This document shows positions 49,191 through 61,418 of a stretch of 64,000 bases of DNA, piece after piece (position 1 is the stretch's first letter; each line of letters opens with the position of its first letter). The position numbers were made by a program, and so were the translations under genes. The stretch comes from Heterodontus francisci (lineage: Eukaryota), in the NCBI RefSeq assembly GCF_036365525.1, contig NC_090399.1:67016862-67080861 (forward strand), written 5' to 3'. The notes under the pieces are model-generated. The model had not been told where the DNA came from. It made no database searches and worked only from the letters and a program-made list of their open reading frames with translations.

Positions 49191-52100
49191 TGTTATGAAC
49201 TCACAAGACCTCACTTGCTTGTACTGTGTCTTTATTGAACTGAACTTGTGATGGCTGCCTGTCGTGAGTGCCTCATGGTAGAGGTCACATGACGAAGGCA
49301 AGCCAGGAGGCACATTAGTACAGTATTGCATTTCTAACCCAAACATCTCCCTTTTCATATTAAAAAAAACAAAAAATGCCCAAGTTACCCACAATGCACA
49401 CAACTGTTCTCTTGCATTAGCAGTTTGTCATTCTTGTCAGTCTCTGCACATGCATTACACACATAGTCAATACATTGTGTCGGTCTGTTAATGGTGCACG
49501 TGCCCATTGTCATTGGCTGCTCATCTGGTTGATTTTCCTTCTCCAGCGAGTGTTGTTCCCTTGTCACTTGTTGCCGCGGTAACTGTTGTTCCATTTCTGT
49601 TGTTGGGATGCTGTGAATCTCTGGGGATGTGGGTTGTTCTGTGTATCTGTGCAGATGGTGAGTTCATATCTTCCTGATTGGCCGCCTGCCGTGAAGGAAC
49701 AGCTTCTCCTGTTGTGTGTATGTGCCTGTGGTTGTAACGGTCTATCTGGTCGTTCACTTCTACCACATCCGATGGAGGTGACAACTGCTCTACACAGATC
49801 CCCAGTTGCCACTTGGGCTGACTCTTGTTGAGAATGTTGAAAGTTTTTACCCTGACTGCCTCTCCAATGCTCAATTCTGGTAATGGTTTGGCTGTTTTGT
49901 CCAAGTGAAATTTGACTTTCTGCCGTTTCACTTTGATTTTGTCACTCACGTCTCTTAGTACTTCTGGCTTCAGTAGCCTTTTTTGCTATTGGGAGAGTAG
50001 TTTGGGTAACATTAGTCTTTGTACGGGAATACTTTCTATGCCTTCAGTAGGTGTGTTTCTCCACTCGAGGATTACCTTGTGTACATCGGTGCCAGATTTG
50101 TTTGATTTCTTTATGATTCCTTTAGTGATTTTCACTGTCTGCCTCAGCCTTTTCATTGGACTGGGGATAGTGTGGAGATGATGAATGGTGATGAATCTCC
50201 CAATCCTTTATGAAGCGGCTGAATTCTTTACTCGTGAATTGAGGGCCATTGTCGGTCATCACAATGTCTGGAATGCTGTAACGCTTTCAGGCATTCTAAA
50301 ATCTCACCGGTAGTCATTGAGGTCAGCTGGTCTACCTCCCACTAGTCAGAATAGTAATCTATGGTAACAAGATAATCAGTTCCTGTGAGAGTGAAGAGGT
50401 CTACTCCCAGTTTCATCCAAGGTCTGTCTGGGATGTCATGTGTTATCAGCGGCTCTTTAGCTTGTTTAGCTTGGTACTCATTACACACACTGCACTGCCT
50501 GATATGGTCCTTGATCTCATTGCTCATGTTTGGCCAGTAGAGTGTGTCTCTTGTCTTCCTCAGACTCGACTCAATTCCTTGGTGGCTTGCATGGATGTGC
50601 TTTAGCATCTCTCCTCTCAACTCTTGAGGGATAATGACTCTATTTCCTTTGTACAAGATGCCATCTTGGGCTGTCAATTCATCTCTGTCTGCCCAATACG
50701 CTCTTGTGACCACAGGAGTGTCCTTGATGCTGTCGGGCCATCCTTTCATCACTACTTCTTGCAATACTTGGAGAGTTGGATCTTGCGGAGTAGATCGCTT
50801 GATTTGAGCAAGTCTGTCAGTTTCAATGTCTCTGCTGGGTTGATGACTTCCAGATTATGTCGAGCTGCAGCTTCATGTTGGATCTGGAAGATTTCACACT
50901 CTGTCATAGCATGCTCTACTTTCTTCATAGGGAGTGCTGCTCTCGACAGCATGTCAGCGATGTACATCTTTTTCCCTTGCTTGTATGTCACATCCAGATA
51001 ATATCTGTGTAACTGGAGTAACATTCTTTCAAGACACTTTGGAGCAGATAGTAGCAGTTTGAGGAAAATGCTTTGAAGTGGCTTGTGGTTGAACTCAACT
51101 GTCACTTTGTCTCTTCCAAGTAGGTGTTGATGAAAATGTTCACAAGCAAAGACAATGGCCAGGCACTCTTTCTCAATCTGAGCATGGTGTCATTCCGTTT
51201 GCGTTAACGCCCTGGATGCAAATGCAACCTGTTGTTCGTGCTGCAGTAGGGTTGCTCCAAGTCCTGTCTCGCTGGTGTCACACTGCAGGGTGACTTCATC
51301 ATTTACATCATAGTATTTCAGCTCTGGCACTGCCGTCACTAGTTGCTTGATTTTAGTGAACACTGTTTCTTGTTCTGTGCCCCAATACCACTGCACGTGA
51401 TTGGCAGTGAGTTGGCGTAATAGTTCACGCTACGACGACACATTGGGCAAGAATTTTGCTACATAGTGGACAAATCCAACAAATCATTGCATTGCTTTTA
51501 CATCTGTTGGTCACTGCATCATTGTTACTGCTCTCACCTTTTCAGGATCTGGGTGAAGACCTTTTACTGTCAGTACATGACCGATGTACTTGACTTCGGG
51601 CATCTTTAACTGCAATTTTTTCTTGTTAAGCTTCAGGTTCATCTGGCGAGCTCTGTGTAGCAGTCGGACTAGATTTTTATCATGGTCGGGAATGGCTTCT
51701 TCCATTGAGTCTCCACACCCATAAACTAGCAGATCATCCACTATAGCTTCCACTCTGGGACGATCACTAACTATCTCATCTGTCTGCGTTGATACTCCTC
51801 TGGAGCCGTGGAAATGACAAACAGTATGTGCAACCATCTGTATCTCCCGAACGGTGTCCAGAATGTGGTTAGAAAGCTGCTGCTTTCTTCCAGCTTCACT
51901 TGCCAGTAACCATCCTTCATATCTGAAGATTTTTGCCTTTGCAAGTTGTGGCAAAATTCCTTCGATAGTTGGCATGAGGTAGTGAGATCTCTTCAGAGCT
52001 TTATTTAGATCTTTTGAGTCAATGCATACTCTCAGCTTTCCAGGTTGTCTCTGTGCTGCCATGCTGATAATCCATTCTGTCGGGGTTGTCACTTTCTTGA

Positions 52101-52830
52101 TTTTCCCTACTTTTCCAGTTCTTCTATCTTGTCTTTCAGGCTGGCCTTGAGGGCAGCTGGAATCTCCATCAGCAGTTGCTGAATTGATCTTACCCTCTCG
52201 TCTACTTCGAGATCATATTCTCCAGGAAGACATCCTAAACCTGTAAATATATTGTTGTAAAAACAAGAAATGCTGGAACCACTCAGCAGGTCAGGCAGCG
52301 TCTGTGGAAAGAGAAGCAGAGTTAACGTTTCGGGTCAGTGACCCTTCTTCGGAACTGACAAATATTAAAAATGTCACAGGTTATAAGCAAGTGATGTGGG
52401 GGTGGGGCAAGAGATAACAAAGGAGAAGGTGTAGATTGGACCAGGCCACATAGCTGACCAAAAGGTCATGGAGCAAAGGCAAACAATATATTAATGGTGT
52501 GTTGAAAGACAAAGCGTTAGTACAGATATGGTGTTAACGGACTGAATATTGAACAGCAGCAAGTGCAAATATTTAAAAAAAACAATGGGTACGCAAACTG
52601 AACAAACTAAGATGTAATGAAATAAATGCAAAAAAAGGTTGTAAAAAAGAAGAAAAAAAGAAAAAAGAAAAAACGACTAAAAATGAAAGTAAAATGGGGG
52701 GCTGTCATGCTCTGAAATTATTGAACTGAATGTTCAGTCCGGCAGGCTGTAGTGTGCCTAATCGGTAGATGAGATGCTGTTCCTCAAGCTTGCGTTGAGT
52801 ACATTGTTGTACTCATCTAGGATCTATTGA
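49191..52830 (-). mobile_element. Gypsy/Ty3 LTR retrotransposon, degenerate pol (RT-RNase H-integrase) with PPT and 3' LTR (49191-49345)
   Basis: Minus-strand LRVCID, IVDDLLVYG, LQCDTS, H..HQGIE..WPNM..CxxC, GVDLF, IDYYS. PPT AAAAGGGAGA (49346-49355) abuts a TG...CA LTR of 155 bp containing AATAAA. Confidence 0.9.
52260..52802 (-). mobile_element. Penelope 3' end/pseudo-LTR inserted in the Gypsy pol, duplication ATTGTTGTA
   Basis: Duplicated 9-mer at 52251-52259 and 52803-52811. Homologous to 21800-22365. Hammerhead-like motif at 52318-52358 (CCGAAGA variant core). Confidence 0.85.
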
Positions 52831-53047
52831 TTTCAGTGTGCAGCCTTTGGCAGAACGCACTGCTGACTGGCTGTACACTCAATGGGGGTGGGTGGGGGTG
52901 GCCGCAGCCTGGCTGTGGATAGCAACACATGATGAGCCTGCACCTCTTAAAGGCAGCCTGTCCCTCTTAAAGGGGAGCTGCAGTCATTATACAAAAGTTG
53001 ATTCAGTCTGTGTGTGGAAGGCTTGGGTAGAAGGCGAATCACAACAA

Positions 53048-53720
53048 ATGGAGCAACAGGCAAGAGAGATGGCTCCTAGATTTTCCGCCACGGTGCTGGA
53101 GGAACTAGTCCAGGAGGTGAAAAGGAGCTGAAAGCCACTGCCTTCATAGGGAGCCAGGAGAACCTCGAAGCACACCCTGAGTAGCGAATGGGAGCAGTGA
53201 CCAGGGAGGACAATTCACGAGTCTGGCTCCTGAGGGCTTGGCTGCAGTGCTACAAGAAGATGAATGACCTCACGGTCAAGGTCAGTGAATGCATCTTTAA
53301 AGGACATCTCCTACCCACCACAGCACCAGCACCCTCTCCTACTGCTCAATGCACCGAATTCCCCCATCACTCACCCAGTTTATGGCATTCAGGACTCACA
53401 CTCCGCCTTCACATACTCCACCTCGCCCTCACCTACCAATGCTGCCAGCCTCGCACCCACCTCTTCATGCCTCCACATACCTCCAGCTATTCCGCTATGG
53501 CAGGCACATCAGCCAAATTGTTGCACACACATTGACATCCTGCCCGCTCTCTCGCAGGATAAGGTGGCACTGAACGGGCGAGGGCAGCAGAGAAGCAGAG
53601 GGGGGCAGGCATGCCCTGCATCTCCTGAGCCCTGGGGAGGTGATGCTGTTCCACATCATGGGCCTGGCTGTCACAGAGCCCATTGCATCCACCGTCTCCG
53701 AGAACATTGAGGGTGATGGC
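53048..53720 (+). pseudogene. Harbinger transposon Myb/SANT-like DNA-binding protein relic
   Basis: MEQQAREMAPRFSATVLEELVQEV...RAWLQCYKKMNDL resembles Harbinger Myb/SANT proteins; stops and frameshifts present. Confidence 0.65.
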
Positions 53721-53865
53721 ATGTTCCTGACTGATGGCCCATCTCAAATCCCACCTCACCCTCATTCTGGCGTGAAGTGCAAGCTGCAGGTGGTGTGACC
53801 ATGGATTCCCAGCTTTCCACCACAACTCCCCTTCCCTCCCCCCAACCCTCTCCTTCTGCATTTCA

Positions 53866-54075
53866 GCCGCAAACCTGTCGATGAGACTCTGCAGACACTC
53901 TTCAGTGTGAGATGTTAATGCAGCATCGTCAGCAAAGAGGACTTCCCTGATAAGGACTTTCCGTACTTTGGTCTTCGCTCTAAGACGGGCAAGGTTGGAC
54001 AACCTGCCATCTGATCTTGTGTGGAGGAAAATTCCTTCTTCAGAGGACTTGAACGCATGTGAGAGCAGCAGGGAT
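53866..54075 (-). mobile_element. RTE-clade LINE RT fragment
   Basis: NLARLRAKTKVRKVLIREVLFADDAALTSHTEECLQSLIDRF. Confidence 0.82.
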
Positions 54076-57005
54076 AGGTAGTGATAGGTACTACATAAAT
54101 GTTAGCTTTTCTGTTCTATATTGATCGGTGGGACATGATGGAATAACTGTGATGTACGGGTGATATTTTAGAGAAAGTGGAGTCTCAGTATCTGCTCCTG
54201 TACGGCCCATCAGGACAGAGGTCCTGGATACTTCCAACCTATCTCCACCTCTTCATTCTCCTCCTCTTCCAACTTCCTCCTCTTCTTCCTCCTCCTCTTC
54301 ATACCTCCACCTCTTCCTACCTCCTCCTCTACATACCTCCCCTTTCCCTTCCTCCCCGCCTCTTCCTCCTCTTCTTCTCCATACTCCTCCTCTTCCTGTC
54401 TCCTCCTCAGCCAGCCTCCTCCTTTTCTCCTCCTCCTCTTCATCTGCCTCTTCTTCCTACCTCCTCCTCTTCTCCTCCTCCGGTTCTCCTCCAACTCTTC
54501 CTGTCTCCTCCTCTTCTCCCTCCTCCTCGTCTCCTCCTCTTCCAACTTCCTCCTGTTCCTGCCTACTCCTCTTCTTCCCCCTCCTCTTCCTGCCTCCTCC
54601 ACGTCTCCTCCTCTTCTCCGCCGATTCCTGCCTCCTCCTCTTCTTCCTCCTCCTTTTCTTCCTCCTCCACTTCTTTCTCCTCCTCTTCTCCTCCTCTTCT
54701 ACTCTACCTCTTCTTCCTCCTCCTCTTCCACTCCCCCACATCTCCTCCTCGTCTTCATCCACCTCTTCTCCTCCTCGTCTTCTCCTCCTCTTCTTCCTCC
54801 ACCTCTTCTCATCCTCCCCTTCCTACCTCCTGTTCATCTTTCACATCCTCTTCTCCTCCTCTTCACCTCCTCCTCATCTTCCTCCCCCTCTTCTCCCTCA
54901 TCCTCTTCTTCCTCCTCCTCTTCCTGCCTCCTCCTCTTCTTTCTCCTACTCTTCTCCCTCCTCCACCTCTTACTCCTCCTCTTCTACAAAATCATTTCCC
55001 TGTCTCCTCCTCTTCACCTCCTCCTCTTCTCCCTNNNNNNNNNNNNNNNNNNNNNNNNNNNNNNNNNNNNNNNNNNNNNNNNNNNNNNNNNNNNNNNNNN
55101 NNNNNNNNNNNNNNNNNNNNNNNNNNNNNNNNNNNNNNNNNNNNNNNNNNNNNNNNNNNNNNNNNNNNNNNNNNNNNNNNNNNNNNNNNNNNNNNNNNNN
55201 NNNNCTCCACCTCCCCTTCTTCTTCCTCCTCTTCCTGCCTCCTCTTCTTCCTCCTCCTCTTCCTGCCTCTTTTTCCTACTCCTCCTCTCTTCCTCCTTTT
55301 CTCCTCCTCCTCTCTTCCTGCTTCACTTCCTGCCACCTCCTCATCTCCCCCTCCTCTTCTCCTCCTCCCCTTCCTGCCTCCTCCTCGTCTCCTCTTCCTC
55401 TTCCTGCTGCCTCCTCTTCCCCTCCTCCTCTTCTTACTCCTCTGCTAATCGTCCTCCACTTCCTGCATGCTCTTATTCCTTCTCCTCATCCTCTTCTCCT
55501 CATCCACTGCCTGCACACCTCCTCTTGTCCTCCTCCGATTCCACCTCCTCCTCTTCCTGCCTCCTCCTCTTCTCCTCTTCCTCTTCTCCCTCCTCCTCTG
55601 CTCCTCCTCCTCCCTTCCTTCCTCCTCCTCTTCTCCTCCTCCTCTTCCTGCTGCCTCCTCTTCCCCTCCTCCTCTTCTTACTCCTCTGCTAATCGTCCTC
55701 CACTTCCTGCATCCTCTTATTCCTTCTCCTCATCCTCTTCTCCTCATCCACTGCCTGCCACCTCCTCTTGTCCTCCTCCGATTCCACCTCCTCCTCTTCC
55801 TGCCTCCTCCTCTTCTCCTCTTCCTCTTCTCCCTCCTCCTCTGCTCCTCCTCCCTTCCTTCCTCCTCCTCTTCCTGCTGCCTCCTCTTCCCCTCCTCCTC
55901 TTCTTACTCCTCTGCTAATCGTCCTCCACTTCCTGCCTCCTCTTATTCCTTCTCCTCATCCTCTTCTCCTCCTTCACTGCCTGCCACCTCCTCTTCTCCT
56001 CCTCCGATTCCACCTCCTCCTCTTCCTGCCTCCTCCTCTTTCTGCCTCCTCTTCTCCCTCCTCCTCTGCTCCTCCTCCTCTTCTCCTCCCCTTCCTTCCT
56101 CCTCTTCCTGCTGCCTCCTCTTCCCCTCCTCCTCTTCTTACTCCTCTGCTAATCGTCCTCCACTTCCTGCCTCCTCTTATTCCTTCTCCTCATCCTCTTC
56201 TCCTCTTCCTGCCTCCTCCTGTTCTCCTCCTCCACTGCCTGCCTCCTCCTCTCCTCCGATTGCTCTTCCTCCTCTTCCTCTTCGCCTCCTCCTCTTCCTG
56301 CCTTCTCTTTTCCTCCTCCTCTTCCTTTCCACTTCCCTTCGTCTCCTCCTCTTCTCCCTCCTCCTCTTCTCCTCGCCTCATCCTGCCTCCTCCTCTTCAT
56401 GCCTCNNNNNNNNNNNNNNNNNNNNNNNNNNNNNNNNNNNNNNNNNNNNNNNNNNNNNNNNNNNNNNNNNNNNNNNNNNNNNNNNNNNNNNNNNNNNNNN
56501 NNNNNNNNNNNNNNNNNNNNNNNNNNNNNNNNNNNNNNNNNNNNNNNNNNNNNNNNNNNNNNNNNNNNNNNNNNNNNNNNNNTCCTGCCTACTCTTCTTC
56601 CCCCTCCTCTTCCTGCCTCCTCCACGTCTCCTCCTCCTCCTCCTCCACTTCTCCTCTTCTCCTCTATCTCTTCTTCCTCCTCCTCTTCCTCTCCCCCACA
56701 TCTCCTCCTCGTCTTCGTCCTCCTCTTCTACTCCTCGTCTTCCCCTCCTCTTCTTCCTCCACCTCTTCTCATACTCCCCTTCCTACCTCCTGTTCTTCTT
56801 TCACATCCTCTTCTCCTCCTCTTCTGCTCCTCCTCTTCTTCCTCCCCCTCTTCTCCCTCATCCTCTTCTTCCTCCTCCTCTTCCTGCCTCCTCCTCTTCT
56901 TTCTTCTACTCTCCTCCCTAATCATCTTCCCGCCTCCTCCTCTTCCTCCTCCTCTTCCTCCTACTCTTCTCCGTCCTCCACCTCTTCCTCCTCCTCTTCT
57001 CCTGT

Positions 57006-57362
57006 GGGGGCGGCACAGTGGCGCAGTGGTTAGCACTGCAGCCTCACAGCTCCAGCGACCCGGGTTCAATTCTGGGTACTGCCTGTGTGGAGTTTGCAAG
57101 TTCTCCCTGTGTGTGCGTGGGTTTCCTCCGGGTGCTCCGGTTTCCTCCCACATGCCAAAGACTTGCAGGTTGATAGGTAAATTGGCCATTAGCAATTGCC
57201 TCTAGTATAGGTAGGTGGTAGGGAAATATAGGGACAGGTGGGGATGTGGAAGGAATATGGGATTAGTGTAGGATTAGTATAAATGGGTGGTTAATGGTCG
57301 GCACAGACTCGGTGGGCCGAAGGACCTGTTTCAGTGCTGTATCTCTAAACTAAACTAAACTA
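57006..57362 (+). mobile_element. HE1-type SINE (copy 1 in the segmental repeat)
   Basis: A/B boxes and a (CTAAA)n tail. Confidence 0.92.
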
Positions 57363-57560
57363 ACCATCTTCCTGTCTCCTCCTCTTCTCCCTNNNNNNNN
57401 NNNNNNNNNNNNNNNNNNNNNNNNNNNNNNNNNNNNNNNNNNNNNNNNNNNNNNNNNNNNNNNNNNNNNNNNNNNNNNNNNNNNNNNNNNNNNNNNNNNN
57501 NNNNNNNNNNNNNNNNNNNNNNNNNNNNNNNNNNNNNNNNNNNNNNNNNNNNNNNNNNNN

Positions 57561-58062
57561 AACAAAGAACAGTACAGCACAGGAACAGGCCATTCGGCCC
57601 TCCAAGCCTGCGCCGATTTTGCTGCCTGCCTAAACTAACACCTTCTGCACTTCCGGGGCCCATATCTCTCTATTCCCATCCTATTCATGTATTTGTCAAG
57701 ATGTCTCTTAAACATCGCTATCATACCTGCTTCCACCACCTCCCCCGGCAGCAAGTTCCAAGCACTCACCACCCTCTGTGTAAAGAACTTGCCTCGCACA
57801 TCCCCTCTAAACTTTGCCCCTCTCACCTTAAACCTATGTCCCCCCTAGTAACTGACTCTTCCACCCTGGGAAAAGGCTTCTGACTATCCACTCTGTCCAT
57901 GCTGCTCATAACTTTGTAAACCTCTGTCATGTCGCCCCTCCACCTCTGTCGTTCCAGTGAAAACAATCCGAGATTTTCCAACCTCTCCTCATAGCTAATC
58001 CCCTCCAGACCAGGCAACATCCTGGTAAACCTCCTCTGTACTCTCTCCAAAGCCTCCATGTC
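57561..58062 (-). mobile_element. CR1 3' fragment (copy 1)
   Basis: KDMEALERVQRRFTRMLPG...FFTQRVVSAWN. Confidence 0.9.
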
Positions 58063-60353
58063 CTTCTTCTCTTTCTCCTCTTCCTGCCTCCTCCTCTTCT
58101 TCTCTTTTTCCTCTTCCTGCCTCCTCATCTTCTCCCGCTCTTCTTCCACCTCTTCTTCTCCTCTTCCTACCTCCTCTTCTTGTTCCTCCGCGCTTCTCTT
58201 CCTCCACTTTTTCCTCCTCCTCTTCTTCCTCCACGTCTTCTCCCTACTCCTTTTCCTGCCTCCTCCTCATCTCCCTAGTCATCTTCCTTCCTCCTCCTCT
58301 TCCTGCCTTCTCCTCATCTTCCTCCTCCTGTTATTCCTCCTCTTTCTGCCTCTTTTCCCCCCCCCCCCGCTCCTTCTCCTTTCCTCCCCCTCCTCTACTC
58401 CTCCTCCCCTTCCTGCCTCCTCTTCTCCTCCTCCAATTCCTCCTCCTCCTCTTCCTGCTCCACTTCCTGCCACCTCCTCGTCTCCCCCTCCTCTTCTCCT
58501 CCTCCTCCCTGCCACCTCCCCTTCTCCTCCTCCAATTCCTCCTCCTCCTCTTCCTGCCTCCTCTTTTCCTCTTCCTCTTCTCTTCCTGCCTCCTCTTCTC
58601 CTCCTCCACTGCCTGCCTCCTCCTCTTCTCCTCCTTGCTCTTCCTCCTCTTCCTGCCTCCTCCTCTTCCTCTTTGCCTCCTCCTGTCCTCCTCCTCTTCT
58701 CCTCTTCTCCTCCTCCTCTTCCTGCCTTCTCTTCTCCTCCTCCTCTTCCTTTCCACTCCTCTTCGTCTCCTCTTCTTCTCCCTCCTCCTCTTCTCCTCGC
58801 CTCTTCCTGCCTCCTCCTCTACCTCCCTTTTCTTCTCCTCCTCTTCTTTCCCACTCCTCTTCTCCTCCTCCTCCACTCCCTCCGCCTTCTCCTCCTCTTC
58901 CTTCCCACTCCTCTTCGCCTCCTCCTCTTCTTCCTGCCTCCTCCTCTTCTCCTCCTCCTCTTCCTGCCTCCTCCTCTTCCTCTGTGCCTTCTCCTCCTCC
59001 TCTTCCTGCCGCCTCTTCTCCTCCGCCTCTTCTTCCTCCTCCTCGTCCCCTCCTCCTCTTTTCCTCCTCCTATGCCTGCTCCTCCTCTTCCTGCCTCCCC
59101 CTCCTGCCTCCTCCTCTTCTTCCTGCCTCCTCCTCTTCCTCCGTGTCTTCTCCTCCTCCTCTTCCTGCCTCCTCCTCTCCTCCGTGTCTTCTCCTACACC
59201 TCTTCTCCCCCTCCTCTTCTCCTCCTCCTTCGGTTTTCCTCCTATTCGTTTTCTCCTCCTCTTTTCCTCCTCCTCTTCCTGCCTCCTCCTCTCCTCCGTG
59301 TCTTCTCCTACTCCTCTTCTCCTCCTCCTTCGGTCTTCCTGCTCCTCGTCCCCTCCTCCGCTTTTCCTCCTCCTATTCTCCTCCTTCTTTACTCCCCCCC
59401 TCTTTGCCTGCTCCTCTTCTTCTCCTCCTCTTCCTGCCTCCTCCTCTTCCTGCCTCCTCCGCTTCTCTTCCTCCTCCGCTCCTCCGCTTCCTATTCCTGC
59501 CTCCTCCTCTTCTTCCTCTTCCTCTTCTTCCTCCTCCTCTTGCTGCCTCCTCTTCTCCTCATCCTCCTCCTCTTCACCTCCTCTTCTCCTCTTCCTGCCT
59601 CCTCTTCTCCTGCTCCGCTTCTCCTCCTTCTCTTGTCTTCCTCCTCTTCTCCTCCTCTTCTCCTCTTCTTCTTCCTCCTCCTCTTCTTCCTCCTCTGCTT
59701 CCTGTCTCCTCATCTCCTCCTCTTGCTGCCTCCTTTTCTCGTCCTCCGCTTCACCTCCTCCTCCTTTTGTCCTCCTCTTATCCTCCTCCTCATCTCCTCC
59801 TCCCCTTCCCGCCTCCTCCTCTTCCCGCCCACTCCTCTTCTCCTCCAACTCATCTACTCCTCCTCTACTCCTCCTTCTCTCCCTGCCTCCTCCTCTTCCT
59901 GCCACCCCCTCTACCTTCCTCCTCTTCCTACCTCCTCCTCTTCCCATCTCCTCCGCCTCGTCCTGTATCCTCCTCTCCTCCTCCTGTTCTTCCTCCTACT
60001 CTTCTCCTCCTCCTCTTCTTCCTCCTTCTCTTCTCTGCCTCCTCTTCCTGCCTCCTCATCCAGCTGCCGCCTCCTCTTCATCCTCTTCCTCTTCTCCTGC
60101 TCCTCTTCCTGCCTCATCCTCTACCTGCCTCCTCCTCTTCCTGCCACCTCCTCTACCTGCTTCCTCCCCTTCCTGCCTCCTCCTCTTCTACTCCTCCTCC
60201 TCTTCCACTTCCTGTCTCATCCTCTTCCTGCCTCCTCCTCTACCTGCCTCCTCCTCTTCTTTCTTCTACTCTCCTCCCTAATCATCTTCCCGCCTCCTCC
60301 TCTTCCTCCTACTCTTCTCCGTCCTCCACCTCTTCCTCCTCCTCTTCTCCTGT

Positions 60354-60708
60354 GGGGGCGGCACAGTGGCGCAGTGGTTAGCACTGCAGCCTCACAGCTC
60401 CAGCGACCCGGGTTCAATTCTGGGTACTGCCTGTGTGGAGTTTGCAAGTTCTCCCTGTGTGTGCGTGGGTTTCCTCCGGGTGCTCCGGTTTCCTCCCACA
60501 TGCCAAAGACTTGCAGGTTGATAGGTAAATTGGCCATTAGCAATTGCCTCCAGTGGTAGGTGGTAGGGAAATATAGGGACAGGTGGGGATGTGGAAGGAA
60601 TATGGGATTAGTGTAGGATTAGTATAAATGGGTGGTTAATGGTCGGCACAGACTCGGTGGGCCGAAGGGCCTGTTTCAGTGCTGTATCTCTAAACTAAAC
60701 TAAACTAA
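60354..60708 (+). mobile_element. HE1-type SINE (copy 2)
   Basis: Near-identical to 57006-57362. Confidence 0.92.
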
Positions 60709-60908
60709 CCATCTTCCTGTCTCCTCCTCTTCTCCCTNNNNNNNNNNNNNNNNNNNNNNNNNNNNNNNNNNNNNNNNNNNNNNNNNNNNNNNNNNNNNNN
60801 NNNNNNNNNNNNNNNNNNNNNNNNNNNNNNNNNNNNNNNNNNNNNNNNNNNNNNNNNNNNNNNNNNNNNNNNNNNNNNNNNNNNNNNNNNNNNNNNNNNN
60901 NNNNNNNN

Positions 60909-61418
60909 AACAAAGAACAAAGAACAGTACAGCACAGGAACAGGCCATTCGGCCCTCCAAGCCTGCGCCGATTTTGCTGCCTGCCTAAACTAACACCTTC
61001 TGCACTTCCGGGGCCCATATCTCTCTATTCCCATCCTATTCATGTATTTGTCAAGATGTCTCTTAAACATCGCTATCATACCTGCTTCCACCACCTCCCC
61101 CGGCAGCAAGTTCCAAGCACTCACCACCCTCTGTGTAAAGAACTTGCCTCGCACATCCCCTCTAAACTTTGCCCCTCTCACCTTAAACCTATGTCCCCCC
61201 TAGTAACTGACTCTTCCACCCTGGGAAAAGGCTTCTGACTATCCACTCTGTCCATGCTGCTCATAACTTTGTAAACCTCTGTCATGTCGCCCCTCCACCT
61301 CTGTCGTTCCAGTGAAAACAATCCGAGTTTTTCCAACCTCTCCTCATAGCTAATGCCCTCCAGACCAGGCAACATCCTGGTAAACCTCCTCTGTACTCTC
61401 TCCAAAGCCTCCATGTCC
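60909..61418 (-). mobile_element. CR1 3' fragment (copy 2)
   Basis: Near-identical to 57561-58062. Confidence 0.9.
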
